52,309 nt of DNA from Octopus bimaculoides (GCF_001194135.2 NC_069001.1:10346130-10398438); one strand, 5' to 3'. Counted from the stretch's first letter, positions 11,240-25,201 are shown. Program-made: numbers and translations. Notes: generated by a model from the sequence alone, not told the origin.

Positions 11240-11654
11240 TTAGAATTTAGAACGGTTTGATAAATGGGAGATAACCATGCAAGCAGAAGCCGAATGTCTT
11301 TTCTCTCATGGTAAATCATATCAGTTTTAACATCTACGACCCTTTGCTCTAACTGCATGCTAAACATATTCTATAATATCCTTATATCAGAACATTTATT
11401 TTGAGGGTTGCATCTATGTGACAAGACATGATCAAACCTTCGTACTATCATGACTACAAGAGTAATTGGTAGGTCGGATTCTAATTCTGATACAATTTAG
11501 AATTTTGGGAATGGTTACGCGTTAGTTTAGCCAGACTAGTTGTACCATTCCAAATGTAAATTCATGCTTCAAAGATACTGCATTGGACATGATGCTTTCT
11601 CATCGTCTTCCGGGCTTTAATTATGTAACTGTCATGGCATGTTAGTGTGTGTGT

Positions 11655-11836
11655 GATGACGGAATTGTTAACAAGCCGGACAAAATGTTTAGCGGCATTT
11701 CGACCTTGTTCACTGTCTGTGTTTAAATTGCATCGAAGTCCACTTATCGATCATTTGAGCACATATCGATCAGTTGAGCCCTAGGAGCGATGTAATCGAC
11801 TTACCCACTTCTCATGAAATTACTTCACTTGAAATC

Positions 11837-11840
<4 letters not shown>
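11655..11840 (+). mobile_element. SINE family A, old
   Basis: gaattgttaacaagccggacaaaatgtttagcggcatttcg...gatgtaatcgactta. Confidence 0.65.
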
Positions 11841-11877
<37 letters not shown>

Positions 11878-11887
11878 NNNNNNNNNN

Positions 11888-11923
<36 letters not shown>

Positions 11924-12654
11924 TACACATGTATAAATATATATTCGTATGTATACACATATATATGCATGATGCTTATATGCATATATAAATACACTCA
12001 CACCATCTCTCTCTTTCACACACACACACATACAAACACACATATATGACAGTGGGATGCTATAATTATTATACCAGATCCTGTGTACCAGTTATTACTG
12101 CTATCGTCATAGTTACCCTTTTATCACTTCAATCATCACCTCCAGCTTATTTCCATTGTCCTTATATTGAAACCAATTCGTATTATTATTATTATTATTC
12201 ATGTTTTTTTCTTTACTTTCCACGAAGATTGTTTGATTTCTTATGATTTATTGGACGAACTACGTGTGTATTAATAACAGTTGATTTATTGTGATTATAT
12301 ATTTCCACTATGAGATGAACGAACATAAATTATTGTCTTTTCTATCAACAGTAGCAATTACTAGCGCTATTATTAAACGTTTTAGCTATAATATTTTTCT
12401 TTCACCTGCTAAACCAACTTCCAGACATCATTTTCTATTATATATTGTTTTAACAATATTTCGCACTGCCAACCATTGTCCATTTTGCAATTAAATAATG
12501 AATATACTATAGGTATTTACAGTCGTTATTCAGTTTTCATGATACATTTGTTTTAATATATTATTATCTTTCGTTTCCGGGTTTGACCGTTGTTAGTGAA
12601 TCCCACAAGTGTTTGGATCTACGAAGATTCACTTGATATTTCATAATGCGAAAA

Positions 12655-12875
12655 GGCGGCGAGAACTGGCTGAATCGTTATCAAACCGGGAAAATTGCTA
12701 AGCTGCATTTCGTCTTCACGTTCCGAGTTCAAATTCAGCCGAGGTCCACTTTGTCATTTTTTTTTTCCTGGTTTGATAAAATAAGTAGAAGTCGAAAACT
12801 GGGATCGATGTAAACAACGTACCAACATCTTCGCAATTGCTAGCCTTGTGTTAGAATTTGAAGCCAATATTTCAA
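12655..12875 (+). mobile_element. SINE family A (1st of 3 tandem)
   Basis: ggcggcgagaactggctgaatcgtta...gagttcaaattcagccgaggtccacttt. Confidence 0.8.
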
Positions 12876-12889
12876 CATCCAATAAGACA

Positions 12890-13100
12890 ACGAACCGACT
12901 GAATCGTTATCACACCGGGAAAAATGTTTAGCGACATTTCGTCCGTCTTCGTGTTCTGAGTTCAAATTTCACCGAGGCCGACTTTGCCTTTCATCCCTTT
13001 GTGGTCGATAAAATAAGTACGAATTGAACACCGGAGTGGATGTAAACAACTTAACGAAAGCTCCGATCACGCTGGCCTTGTGCCGAAATGTAAAACGACA
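12890..13100 (+). mobile_element. SINE family A (2nd of 3 tandem)
   Basis: ctgaatcgttatcacaccggg...gagttcaaatttcaccgaggccgactttgcctttcatcc...ggccttgtgccgaaat. Confidence 0.85.
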
Positions 13101-13117
13101 ATTCTGTCATGAAGTAA

Positions 13118-13255
13118 GGCGGCGATAGCTGACAGAATCGTTAGCAAGCCTGACAAAATGCTTAGCAGAATTTCGTCCATTATTACATTCTAAGTTCAAA
13201 TTCTAGCACGGTCGACTTTACGTTTCATCCCTCTCTGGTCAATAAGTACCAGTTT
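13118..13255 (+). mobile_element. SINE family A (3rd of 3 tandem)
   Basis: ggcggcgatagctgacagaatcgttagc...aagttcaaattc...ggtcgacttt. Confidence 0.8.
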
Positions 13256-13333
13256 TCAACATCTAAATATTTACAGATAAAACAAAGCAATATATACGGG
13301 ATTGTAGTCACAGGAACCGTGACTACTTCCTCA

Positions 13334-13525
13334 GAGGAGTGCTAAAAATTTCCTGTATTTAAGGGTATCACGTTAGGTCTGGTTGCCGGTCCAAACTTCA
13401 GAGTTGTTTTACAGGGCTTAAAAATGTTGAATGACCGCTGCAATAAGTGCGTGAATCTGAGAGGGGGGGGGTATGTTGAATAAAATCATAATTAACAGAT
13501 CATCTTGTATATTCTTTTGTTCAAA
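13334..13525 (+). mobile_element. Mariner-derived MITE
   Basis: TIR-like gaggagtgctaaaaatttcctg; cagggcttaaaaatgttgaatgaccgctgcaataagtgcgtgaatctgagagggg...tatgttgaataa reads as a relic of mariner C-terminal GL.KL.DRCNKCVNLRG.YVE*. Confidence 0.75.
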
Positions 13526-13693
13526 ATACCCATCGCGCATGCGTGTGTGTGTATGTGTGTGTTTATTTGTGCATGTGTTTGTCCCCCACTACCGCTTGGC
13601 AGCCGGTGTTGCTGTGTTTCCGTTCCCATAAACTTGCGGTTCAGAAAAAGGAACATTGCATCGATTCGTTCAACTAAAAAATTCTTCTAGGTA

Positions 13694-13745
13694 ATGTTCC
13701 AGCATGGCCGCAGTCAAATGACTGAAACAAATCGAACATTAAAAG
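13694..13745 (+). mobile_element. Isolated SINE-B tail
   Basis: gttccagcatggccgcagtcaaatgactgaaacaa. Confidence 0.75.
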
Positions 13746-15590
13746 GTTATATTCGGGTTGATAAATTAGCCGTCGGCGTTCTGCATTTTCTCGGTCAGAA
13801 TGATTCAATAATATTGGAATTGCATCATGTGTAGCTCCACCCCGTATTTAAGCACATCTCTATGGATTTATTGAACGGATAAAATAAATAAAACAATTCA
13901 TGCGTAACAGCAGCTTCGTCTCAAATGACGAACGAGATGTTTGATTACATAAACAAGACAAAATAAAACAGTAAATTTATTTTTAAAAAATATGAAACCA
14001 AGACTAAGTTTTACGCATAGCCAAATATCATAGCATATTAGTAAATGAACAGAAAATATTTAACATGATCACACGTGTGTCTTGTTATTTTCCGCCATTA
14101 TATATTTTTTTGTCGTATTGTGAATTACGCTGTTGTATCAGCCCTTGTGCAATTCGAAGATTAAATCAAGTTATTTTAGTTTTTAAATGTTTCCTTTTTT
14201 CATTTCATTTTTCCTTTCAATTTTTGTTGTTGTTGTTATTTTTAAAATAAACAAATTTTGCTAAAATTCTGTAAAAAAAAAAAATAACAAAAAAGTTTCT
14301 CGTATTTCAGTTCTAATTTCTAATTCTATTTCTGATTTTGTTGTAGGAATGATATTTATAGGAATAAAAAGAAAAGACAAAAAAATAAGGAAATATTTGT
14401 TTTATATCTTTAATTAAATTTTGTAAAATAATTCCTAATTATAATTATAATCCATAATTCCCCCCATGGCATCTCCATTTACAATGTGTGTATTTTTTAA
14501 TACGTATTTTAAATTTTTATATATATATTTAAATATTTCGTTATTTATATTTCTTTAATATTTGCTGCCATTTTTAACTGTTATTGGATCTTAGTGCTCG
14601 TATCAACTAGACTGTGTTTTCGACTAGAAACGTGAGACAAACTAAATCCATGCTTTTGAAATCCAATCATATTGAACTTGGATTTTCACCCCTCCTTCAA
14701 ATGTATCTAGCATCTGTAACATTAAACTTTGTTTGATTTTCATAACCTGCAGTGGTTAAATTTAGATTAAAATTTTTTTATATTAATATTTTGATTTTAC
14801 ATTTTGAATTTTAACACTGATGACGAATTTGAACCAACGGGAAATAATGATTCTACCTGTTAGAGTTGAATCGCATGTTAAGACGGAAAACGACAGACTT
14901 GTGTTTCTTATGTCATCATCGACTGTTAGTAGACATCGATGAAATATAAATCATAAGATAAAAACAAATGAATAAAAAATATATAAGCGTAAAGGTGGCT
15001 CTCAACAGCAAAGAAGACAAGCAACATTTACGTCTACACGTCATAAATAAACGAAAGCAATGGCGCAGCCGATACATTGTCTCATGCATTATTTTATAAA
15101 CACGTTCTCAATGAAAACATTCGAAATGGCTTCACACACGTGCATGAATATGTGTAGCTAAAATATAACGAGTGAATGTACATAGACATGTATATAATTA
15201 TATATGTGATTATGTTTGCAGACACATACAAACATACATATATATATACATGTGGCTATGTATATATATGTACACATATTCATATGTTTGTGTGTGTGGT
15301 GTGGTGTATGTGTGTTGTGTGTCTACACTAAGACATTTTTACAACTGTTAATCCCCAATCTTTTAATATTTGACTTTCTAAAGACTCCTTGAAATTTGCT
15401 TTTTAATACTTCATAAGATGGATAGATCGAAACCGTTTATATTTCAAGTCACTTACTGCAATAAATGTATTAAGCATCCTGTGAAATATACTTCTGTGCC
15501 TTTTCCAACTTTACTTACACTTTTAAGCATAGTTTGTGATTGGTATGGACACTTTTTCAAGAATACACACACGCACACATATATTTGCAA

Positions 15591-16185
15591 TTATTCAGCC
15601 GCTTGGATTACTGCTCCCAGCTAGGGACACCCAAAAGTGTAAAATTAACAGCGGACCTTGAAGCAATCCAGCGAAGCTTCACAAAGAAGATCATCTCTTT
15701 GCAACAGCTCAGCTACTGGGAAAGGCTGAAAAAGCTAAGACTACTCTCTGGAGCGAAGGCGGGTGAGGTATGCAGTAATATACATCTGGAAGATCATGGA
15801 AGGGATTGTGCCAAATTTTTGCATTGAAAGCTACATAAATACTAGAATGGGTCGACGCTGCAAAGTACCAAAGATCCCAGTAACGCCATCGCGCCCCAGG
15901 AACAGTAACTGCAACAGCCTGGGTTTTAGGGGACCACAGCGTTTTGATATTCTCTTGAGGGACCTACACAAAATGGATGTAGGTGTTTTCAAATCAAAAG
16001 TGGTCCTCTTCCTGTCGAGAGTCGCAGACGAACCTATCTCGCGCCAAGCGGTGCAAATGAGGGTAGTGACTTCAAACTCCCTTATTCACCAAATCTCACA
16101 TATTAAAAGAGGCACTCAGTAATAACAGTGTAACAAAACGACAGTGCCCCAACATGGCCAGAGCTTTTGAACTGGAACAAAATTA
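15591..16185 (+). mobile_element. CR1/L2-type LINE, 3' end of ORF2 (frameshifted) plus 3' tail
   Basis: SRLDYCSQL..DLEAIQRSFTKKI..LSYWERLKKLRL / RYAVIYIWKIMEGIVPN...RGPQRF..FKSK..LFL is the typical CR1-group RT C-terminus (LEYCS..W..LE.VQRR.T..YEERL..L); stop at 16122. Confidence 0.88.
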
Positions 16186-16249
16186 ATGACATGTGTATTC
16201 ATCTATATACTAAATGATAAGAAAAAAACAGGGAAAATTCTTTAATACA

Positions 16250-16580
16250 ACCTTAATGATTGTTTCTGTACCAATTCTATCTGCAACTACAGTTTATGGA
16301 AAACTTCGAAGTGAAAATTAACATGTTTGTGGTTTTAGACATTGGAGAGGGACATCATCTGACTTGCATCAAAGGTATTCTGTCAGATATATCAAAGAAT
16401 TTTCATTGTCTTCTTGCCATTTCGATCATTTGCTTTTCGCCAAACACACTTTTCGGTGTAATGGTCGTGAAACTTGGATTTTCTACATTTAAGGAATTAA
16501 TTCTGCCTTGGCCTGGTACCCGACAGTGTTAATAGCCCAATATTCGGGTCGAATGCTTTTCTGGAAATATCCTAACTTTA
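16250..16580 (-). mobile_element. Very decayed non-LTR reverse transcriptase remnant
   Basis: Minus strand relics in correct order and spacing: DISRKAFD (~16560), VR*CPSP (~16360; cf. GVRQGCPLSP), VADRI (~16280; cf. YADDI). Confidence 0.4.
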
Positions 16581-17129
16581 TACCTTACTAGGACCTTATA
16601 TATATATATATGTGTGCGTGTGTGTGAGTGTGTGTGAGTGTGTGTGCTTAGACAGATAGATACATACATACATGCATGCATACATACAAGCAAGCGTACA
16701 TTTAGACATATTAAGAGAGATAAAATGTGAATGTGAAAGTCAAAAAACAGGAGAGGAACAACAACAACAGCAATAACATCACCATTAAAAATAGCAGCAG
16801 CTACAGTAACAACGACAGCAATATCAACAAGTTCTACAGCTAGAAACTAGTCAGCAAAATGTTTATTCAAAACCTGACCTGTTATTTCCATTGAAATCTT
16901 CTCAGCAACGAAGCTGAAAGTAAATTTCGTTGTGTTTATATACAAATTACTTATGTGATAATAGACAGATAGATTTAAAGCAAGGCCTTATGTATTTATA
17001 TAAAATGCACACGATAACCTTAAAACATTATGAAAATAATAGCAATTATTTGTTAATTTTATAGAGTTCGTCCAATCCATCTAAGTCTTTCTCATTCAAT
17101 CTCTCTCACTTTTTCTCTTGATATATATA

Positions 17130-17284
17130 CGTGCGCGCTTGTCTCTGTACTTCTGTGTATATACTAATATGCATATATCTATATATTATATCAATATATA
17201 TATATACATAACGATCTATTACTATATGAATGTGTGTATACATAGATATATATATACACATATATATATATATATATGTTTGTC

Positions 17285-17353
<69 letters not shown>

Positions 17354-17540
17354 GTATATATATATACATATATATATATTTGTGTTTGTGTTTATATATA
17401 TATGGGTATGTACATATGCATATTAATACATATAGCTATATCAATATATATGCGTATGCATGTATGTATGTATATATGTGCGTATGTACGCTTGTCTCTA
17501 TGCATTTATGTACGTATGCATGTTTTGTACGTATGTATTT
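17130..17540. repeat. (TA)n/(TATG)n microsatellite field
   Basis: Directly visible. Similar fields at 19610-20090, 21510-21920, 22420-22920, 30280-30790, 31340-31500, 36060-36330, 39370-39570, 44234-44470, 47420-48740, 49200-49950, 50520-50880. Confidence 0.95.
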
Positions 17541-18700
17541 ATGTATGCATGCATGCAGGTGTGTATCCTTTTTCCACTTCTGAATTATTGTTCTCCAAAT
17601 GAATGGTGCCGACAGAAGGGACATGAACACAAAATAACGATATATACACAAGCGAACTTCTTTTTTTTAGTTTAATTATATGTATATACACACAGTCGCT
17701 TACACACATACAAATATTATATATATATATGTACATACATACACGTATTATTTTCGTTTAAGCGCTTTGTTAGTATTTATAATTTATTGTATATCACTGA
17801 TTATTTTCTTTCTTTTTCCCACAGTAAATAATAGAAATAATTGAAATTGTAAATAAATTTGTATAGAGAAAGCCAAATTTCTTTAATGTATAAAATAAGT
17901 TATCTGTTATAATTGTCCTGAATCTAGAAACACTTTCATGTAAATAATTGCTATATTGACTTCAAACAAGCTACACTGGCTATTAGATATAAATATTTAG
18001 ATTTGAAAGTAGCGATGCCAATAATACATGTACTGAATTTTGGGTGGAGACTTCGAGGAAAAATTAGGTTTCTGTTCTCTACAGGAAAAAAAAAAAAAAA
18101 AAAATGCAGAAACAAAAAAATTCGTTTTGAATTAGTGAAGGTTTTTTGGGGTTTTTTGTTGAGCTTTTTTTTTTGTATTTGTATTAGAAGAATCAAAGAA
18201 ACAAGTAATTTCTGGAGAAAAGAAGTTTTCATTTAATGTTGATATGTCATTTTAGTATCTATGTGTTTACATATATCTTTTAACTGATTTTAAAACATAT
18301 CGGTCTCTTATTTATACATACAAACAAGAACATTCTCATACAGATATATACAAAGACACACAGACGCACACACACAGGCGCACATACATATATATACGTA
18401 CATATAGATATAGATAAATAGATAGATGTGTAGGTGTGTGAACGTATGCATGTGTTACAATCGTTTTATAGGATTTAGCTAGGCAATTAATGATAATGGC
18501 TTTCTAAAAAAAAATCTCTCGGTGAAAAGTTAAAGTGTGTACTTTATGTAGCTAATGAAATCCAATATAAGGAACAAGTCCGGTTCAACTGGTCTATATT
18601 TTTACGACCAACAAGTTATTGTATAAAAGATAAAATTGTTAACATCTACCTACGTACAGGGTTTTGGCAAAAGTCTATAGATTTGTTCTATTTTATTTAT

Positions 18701-18991
18701 TTGTGCGCACGTTTTAAAGCCTAGCCAGGTTCATGGGCCCGGTTTCTCGGTTTCTATGGCGTATGTGTTTCCGCCTCCAGTTGGAGGGGATACCAGTCCT
18801 TCGCAGCGTTATTCAAGAAACAGGAAGAAAGAGTGAGAGAAAGTCGGGGTGAAAGAGTACAACAGGGAGTCGCCACCTCCGGAGCCTCGTGGAGCTTTTA
18901 GGCATTTTCGCTCAATAAACACACACAACGTCCGGTCTGGGGACCGAAACCGCGAGTTTGCTGCCCTAACCACTGGGCCATTGCACCTCCA
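18701..18991 (-). mobile_element. SINE family C (tRNA head plus V-domain-like core)
   Basis: Minus strand A-box TGGCCCAGTGG, B-box-like GGTTTCGGTCC; homologous to 41401-41698 and 45331-45618. Confidence 0.88.
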
Positions 18992-19611
18992 TAGATTTGC
19001 GTTGGAGAATATATCTTCTATCTTTTTTTTTATGTTTTACTTGTTTTGGTCATTAGACTGCAGTTAAAGTCTCCGACTGACAACCATAATTCATATCTTT
19101 CACTTCTTATAAGAATCAGTGACCTAAAAAACGATTCATTTATTATTGAACTTATTAATATTGTTAATTACGATATATTGACTGAACAATCACCTATGAC
19201 TATTTGCTGTTACGTTTTTATGCAGAAGGCGTTCCAGGTTGATGCAGTTACCTGTCATTCAAATAAACATGATTTGTTATGATTCACATTCACGCTGTTA
19301 CTATTTTTGTCGTCCTTATCATTGTGTCTGCTTTTGTTTCTGATGCTGTTATCATTGTTCTTATTATTGTAAGGTATTAAATGTTAAATTCAATTTTCTA
19401 CGTCTGCAAGAATTAATGTTGTCACTTCAGCAAATCTCTCCCCCGAGCATCGCTTGCGTCGTGAACACTTGAACTCCGTATTTCTGGTTTGATAAGAAGT
19501 TCATGCTTGTATTGTTCTTCTGTGAATAAGCAGGACAATAATTCTGTGAGCTTATGCAATTGGAGTTATTCATTTGTCCGTGCGCGCGCACGCCTCTGTA
19601 TGTGCGTGTAC

Positions 19612-19663
<52 letters not shown>

Positions 19664-19781
19664 CTACATACACATGTATATATATATAATATATACATAT
19701 AATATATACTATATACACATGTTTATATATAATATATACATATAATATATATATAATATACACACAGTATATATATGTGTA

Positions 19782-19822
<41 letters not shown>

Positions 19823-19827
19823 CACAA

Positions 19828-19858
<31 letters not shown>

Positions 19859-19936
19859 CATACAAAAATACATATATATATAAATACATACAGTATAATA
19901 TTTATAAATAAATACCTACAATATAATATTTATATG

Positions 19937-19972
<36 letters not shown>

Positions 19973-20056
19973 CATGTAATATGATATATATAATATGCAC
20001 ACACACACACACACACACAGTTGCGAAGGAACGCATTTATTTCTAAATATGTAAAA

Positions 20057-20093
<37 letters not shown>

Positions 20094-20503
20094 CGCGCTT
20101 CTCTGAAAGAAAATGTAAAGCTGTACACTTTTTACACAATCTTTGTCATATAAGTATGAATAAGTACGTTTATCGGTGTGTATGCCCACGTTTGTATATC
20201 TCTTATGGCAGCATGCATTTGTCTATATATGGATTCATATTGTTATGTGTTGCTGCCTAGGTTGTGAGCGAGGTGTATATATCTACAGACTTGTGTATGA
20301 GAATGCTATCGAGTGCGCATGCTTGCAATGACATATTGTTCTACGGCTATGAATGTATTTATGAAAGGGTGCGTGAATGCGTTCCCCTATGCTTCGTCGT
20401 GTGTCACTTTCTCTCTGTATTTGTTGGTTTCCCTGACTTTGAACGTGTGTGTTTACCTATACTTGTATATCTTTATACGTTTTTATTTATGCATGAATGT
20501 GTA

Positions 20504-20543
<40 letters not shown>

Positions 20544-20740
20544 TTCCTATGATTATTTCCTAGTTTGCGGAGGATTTCTTGTGAGAAGGCTTAGGGCTTT
20601 ATCTGCGTGTCAATAGATAGGTTATGTATGAATGCACGTATTTTGTGAGCATCAAATTTCGTATGTAAAATTGTGTGTGTGTATGTGAATGGGAAAATAA
20701 GTGTTTGTCAATATGGAAATGTCGAAGAAGAATTAAAAAT

Positions 20741-20771
<31 letters not shown>

Positions 20772-21714
20772 ACAAAAAAGAAGCTAAATTGGAGACAAAA
20801 AACAGAAATATATAATGGTGATGATGATGACGGTTTTGGCGATTATGGTGATCATAAGAAAAGCGGTCATGAAAACGATAATGATTGTGATGATGGTAAG
20901 GAAGTTGATGATCACAGCAACATCACTGATAAGGATAAGGAAGAGTGAAGACTTGGTGGTTGTCGTAGCACGAGTGGAGATTGGGGGAGGAGAACGGCGA
21001 TGATGATGACGGTCACGATAAGCCATGTCTCAACGATGATAATAATAATAATAATAATTTGTCAAGCAAGGTCGCTGACAATGATGATGACGATCACAAT
21101 GACAGAAACGATAATTTCTGAAGCAAAAGCTTAATTTTATAAATAACAAAGAAACGAAACTGAAAATAACAAAAATAAAAAGAAACAACAAACTTTATTC
21201 TAATAATGAGCAAAAGAAATAGGAGTAATTTTTCCATATGTTAATTACCCGGTGGAATTAAATTCTGAATATATTCAGCAAACGACAACAATACTAGCCA
21301 TGAATATAAACATTAATTTTTTAACTGCTTTAAGTTCTATTGTAAGGGACAAAAAATAATGAGGGGTTAGAAGTCAAAATATAAAAGTTTAAAGAATGAA
21401 TGAATGATTTTTATATATTTTTAAATATTTAAACATGAAATGAAGGTTAGAAAGTTGAAAACGCACACACACACTCACACGTTTATTATATTGCATTTTA
21501 TTATATATGTATGTATATGTATGAATATGAACGTGTACGTATATGTCTATTATATATACATGTAGACAAAACAGATATATATACATATATATGTCTGTGT
21601 GTATGGACTTATATATATGTGTGCATGTGTATAAATGTATGTATGCATATATAGATATATATTTATATGTGTATATATATATATATGTATATATGCATAT
21701 ATAGATATATATTT

Positions 21715-21747
<33 letters not shown>

Positions 21748-22438
21748 AGTATATTTATATATGAATATAAGTATATATATTTTTATATATANNNNNNNNN
21801 NNNNNNNNNNNNNNNNNNNNNNNNNNNNNNNNNNNNNNNNNNNNNNNNNNNNNNNNNNNNNNNNNNNNNNNNNNNNNNNNNNNNNNNTATATATAAATAT
21901 ACACATACGCATATATACATGCGTATTGCATTAAATATTGTTTAACAGATTGGCTTCGCCAGAGAGACAATCGTGTATTCGTTCAACTTTCAAAACCCGT
22001 TTCATACCACAAAACGATCTTTAACCTTATATTAAAAGACATTAATTCCCCAGACAGGTTTCCAAGAATGTTATTATTTCTTCCTATCTTTCATGCTTTC
22101 TTTCTCTCTTTCTTTCTCTCTTTCATTTTTTCTTTTTTTTTTTACTCATACTGAATAGATTAGAAAACTTTAAATTTAAACAGCTAAGATATTCTGAATG
22201 ACATCTATTCGTCACTGAATAATTCACGACAAGTTTAAATCGTTTGTTTTCTTTCCGGTTTTAATTTTATTTCATATTTGGACAATCGGTGGTGGAGATA
22301 TAATTTTATTCTATCGCATTGCCGCTGATGTTATCTCCTGTTTATCTCTGACTCTCCGTACTTTTGTCTTTGAACAACGTGCATGTGTGCGTCTGTGCGT
22401 CTGTGTGTGAGCGCGAACGTACGTGTTCGCGCGGGCGT

Positions 22439-22479
<41 letters not shown>

Positions 22480-22668
22480 GTACAGAGGAGGATGTTTGTT
22501 ATGGGTATATGCTAATTTCGTGGCGTAAAAATCCACCTCAATTTGTTCGGTTTGAACCATAAGTACATGTTGCATAATTCCCAATTACATAATCCAGCAT
22601 TGCATAAAATGTGTTTGCGTTTATACATATGTATGTGTGTATATATATATACACACATATATATGTGT

Positions 22669-22706
<38 letters not shown>

Positions 22707-22805
22707 GTGTCTATGTAAGTATATATATATATATATGTTTGTATATTTATGTTATCATGCGTANNNNNNNNNNTATATGTTTGTATATTTATGTTATCAT
22801 GCGTA

Positions 22806-22839
<34 letters not shown>

Positions 22840-23029
22840 CGTGTGTGTGTGTGTGTGTGCGTGTATGAATTTGTGTTCGTATGTGTGCGTACGTGCCTTT
22901 ATGTATGTATGTGTGTATGTATACTTGTGTGAAAAGAGAGGGACAGGGAGACAGTGAGAGAGAATGAAAGCGTATATTTTTATTTTAATCTTGAGTCTTA
23001 GTAAGCATTATTGAAACATAATTAGATAA

Positions 23030-23135
23030 GTACTAGGTTTACAAAGAATAGATCCGGGGTTCGATTCGTTCGATTAAAATTCTTTAAAGCTTTGCCTTAG
23101 CAGTCTACTGATTGAAACAATTAAAAGATAAAAGA
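23030..23135 (+). mobile_element. SINE family B 3' fragment
   Basis: taagtactaggtttacaaagaatagatccggggttcgatt...ctgattgaaacaattaaaagataaaag. Confidence 0.6.
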
Positions 23136-23264
23136 TACTTTATAATAATTGCCTTGAAGACGTCTGTTTTCATCGCTACGATGAACAGTACAAATGTCTT
23201 CGGTTAAGTCAGTTATACTCCTAACAGAGTATCGAGTGTGTAACAATAAAAACACACACCCAAT

Positions 23265-23367
23265 ATGCGCAGGCGTGACACCTGTAGCAAGTATCTTCTG
23301 CTATATTCACGGGTCGAGCAAAACGTTGAAAGTGAGTTTGATAGACAGAAATTGAATGAAGCCCATC

Positions 23368-23375
<8 letters not shown>
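23265..23375 (+). mobile_element. SINE family B core fragment
   Basis: gcaagtatcttctgctatattcacgggtcgagcaaa...gagtttgatagacagaaattgaatgaagcccatcg. Confidence 0.65.
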
Positions 23376-23416
<41 letters not shown>

Positions 23417-23669
23417 AAAAAACCTACAAGAATAGGTGCAAGCGCTAATATTTATAAAACATGTGACATATTAATAAAAATCTGTTAATGTACAACCATC
23501 CAGATATCTGAGTACCTTATTTTTTCTAATACATAATTCCTGTACTTCACCTCCAANNNNNNNNNNNNNNNNNNNNNNNNNNNNNNNNNNNNNNNNNNNN
23601 NNNNNNNNNNNNNNNNNNNNTATATATATAAATACATACATACATAGGTATATATAAATTTATAGATGT

Positions 23670-23900
23670 ATGTGACCGTGTCTTTGTGTGTCTGTCCCCA
23701 ACCAGCACCGTTTGACAACCGGTGTTAATGTATTTGTGTCCCCGTAAACTCTAACTTTGTGGCTGAGCAAAGGAGACTAAATAAATAAGAACCACTTTTT
23801 AAAAATAAGTACAGCGATTGATTCATGCGACAACAAAAATTTCAAGGAGGTGCTGTAGCATGGCCACAGTCTAACGATAGAAACAAGTAAAAAGTAAAAA
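23670..23900 (+). mobile_element. SINE family B 3' half
   Basis: ttgacaaccggtgtt...ggaggtgctgtagcatggccacagtctaacgatagaaacaagtaaaa. Confidence 0.75.
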
Positions 23901-25201
23901 TGAAATCTCAAATCTCTTCATATTCGTTATCGTCTGACGTAGATTGAGATAGTTTCTACGTGGTTACTAACCCAATAGGAAAAAAAAACAACAACCAAAT
24001 CTCAAACGAATTGCACTGTACAATCTTAAAATGGGAAGGTTTTAATGGAATTATGTAATTGTGAATAGGCTCAGTTCTGAGATTAAAGTAAAACGGAAGG
24101 TGTAAATGACTTGAATGTATTTGATCGCGTGTCTTCTCGACCAAGGCCAATCTTTGAGCTAAACAACAGCATCACCTGATGTATGAAAATGCTATCTATG
24201 ACATTGATGTTACCCAACATTTACTCTGTGAAAATCCCACATATCGTAACTTCTCAGTAATATGTCGCTAATGTACATGTTTCCTTTATTTTTTTTTTAA
24301 TACACAAACCGGTGTTGTTATCAATGATATATGCATCACTAATGCAAATATTAATGGAATCTAAAAACATACAGCACCCCCATCGCCAAAAAAAAGGGAA
24401 CAACAATAGGAAAACAATAATAATAATAATAATAACAATAACAGAAACTATATATGCCCACAAACGAAATAACAAACCCTGAAAACAGTCTGAAATAATC
24501 GAAGGATCAAAGCTTATATTATTTGTAGTTTCTGTAGATCGGTATTTTAAGGGGATGGGCTGTGTTTTTATTTTTTTTATGTATATATTTTTAATGTGAA
24601 TTGATATCTTCATAATCACAAAACCCCCCGAAGGATGAGTGCTTTAGCAAGTAGGAAATGGAAGGTCACATATTTTTTTATCATTGGAAAATGACATTGG
24701 CATTCTATAGGAGAACATAGAGAGTATAATAGACAGACATTTCACTTAATGCAGAAGGAAGAATAAATGCCACTGAACATGTACGTTAGAAGCTCTAGGG
24801 ACTTCGTTGCCATTTTATCTTAATTGCTCGACCACTGTAATATCCAGGGCTGGCTCTGCTAGATAATAGAGTTACATGGAATATGTTCAGTTACGTTCTC
24901 TTAAGGGTGTTGTTAGTATTGTTTACATTCCGTGAGCTTTTATACCTCCATTCTTATAGTGTTTGGCCACGTATGCACTATATGTAAGCCTGTGTGTGTA
25001 ATCGTACTTGTATGAATGTATGTATGCATGCAAGAATGTTTGAACGTACGCTTGCATCTATATGTGTATCTTTGCATGTTTGTGTGTATGAATTTGAATG
25101 TAAATCAGCATGAGTGTACATATTTGTGCGTGTCTATATAGATAACCATGCACGCATGCAAGTGTATATACACGATATACCAATCAGTTCATATACATAA
25201 A

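Noticed and set aside
22733-22803. Exact ~31 bp duplication tatatgtttgtatatttatgttatcatgcgta
   Set aside because: Copies sit either side of a 10-N gap; typical unmerged contig overlap artefact
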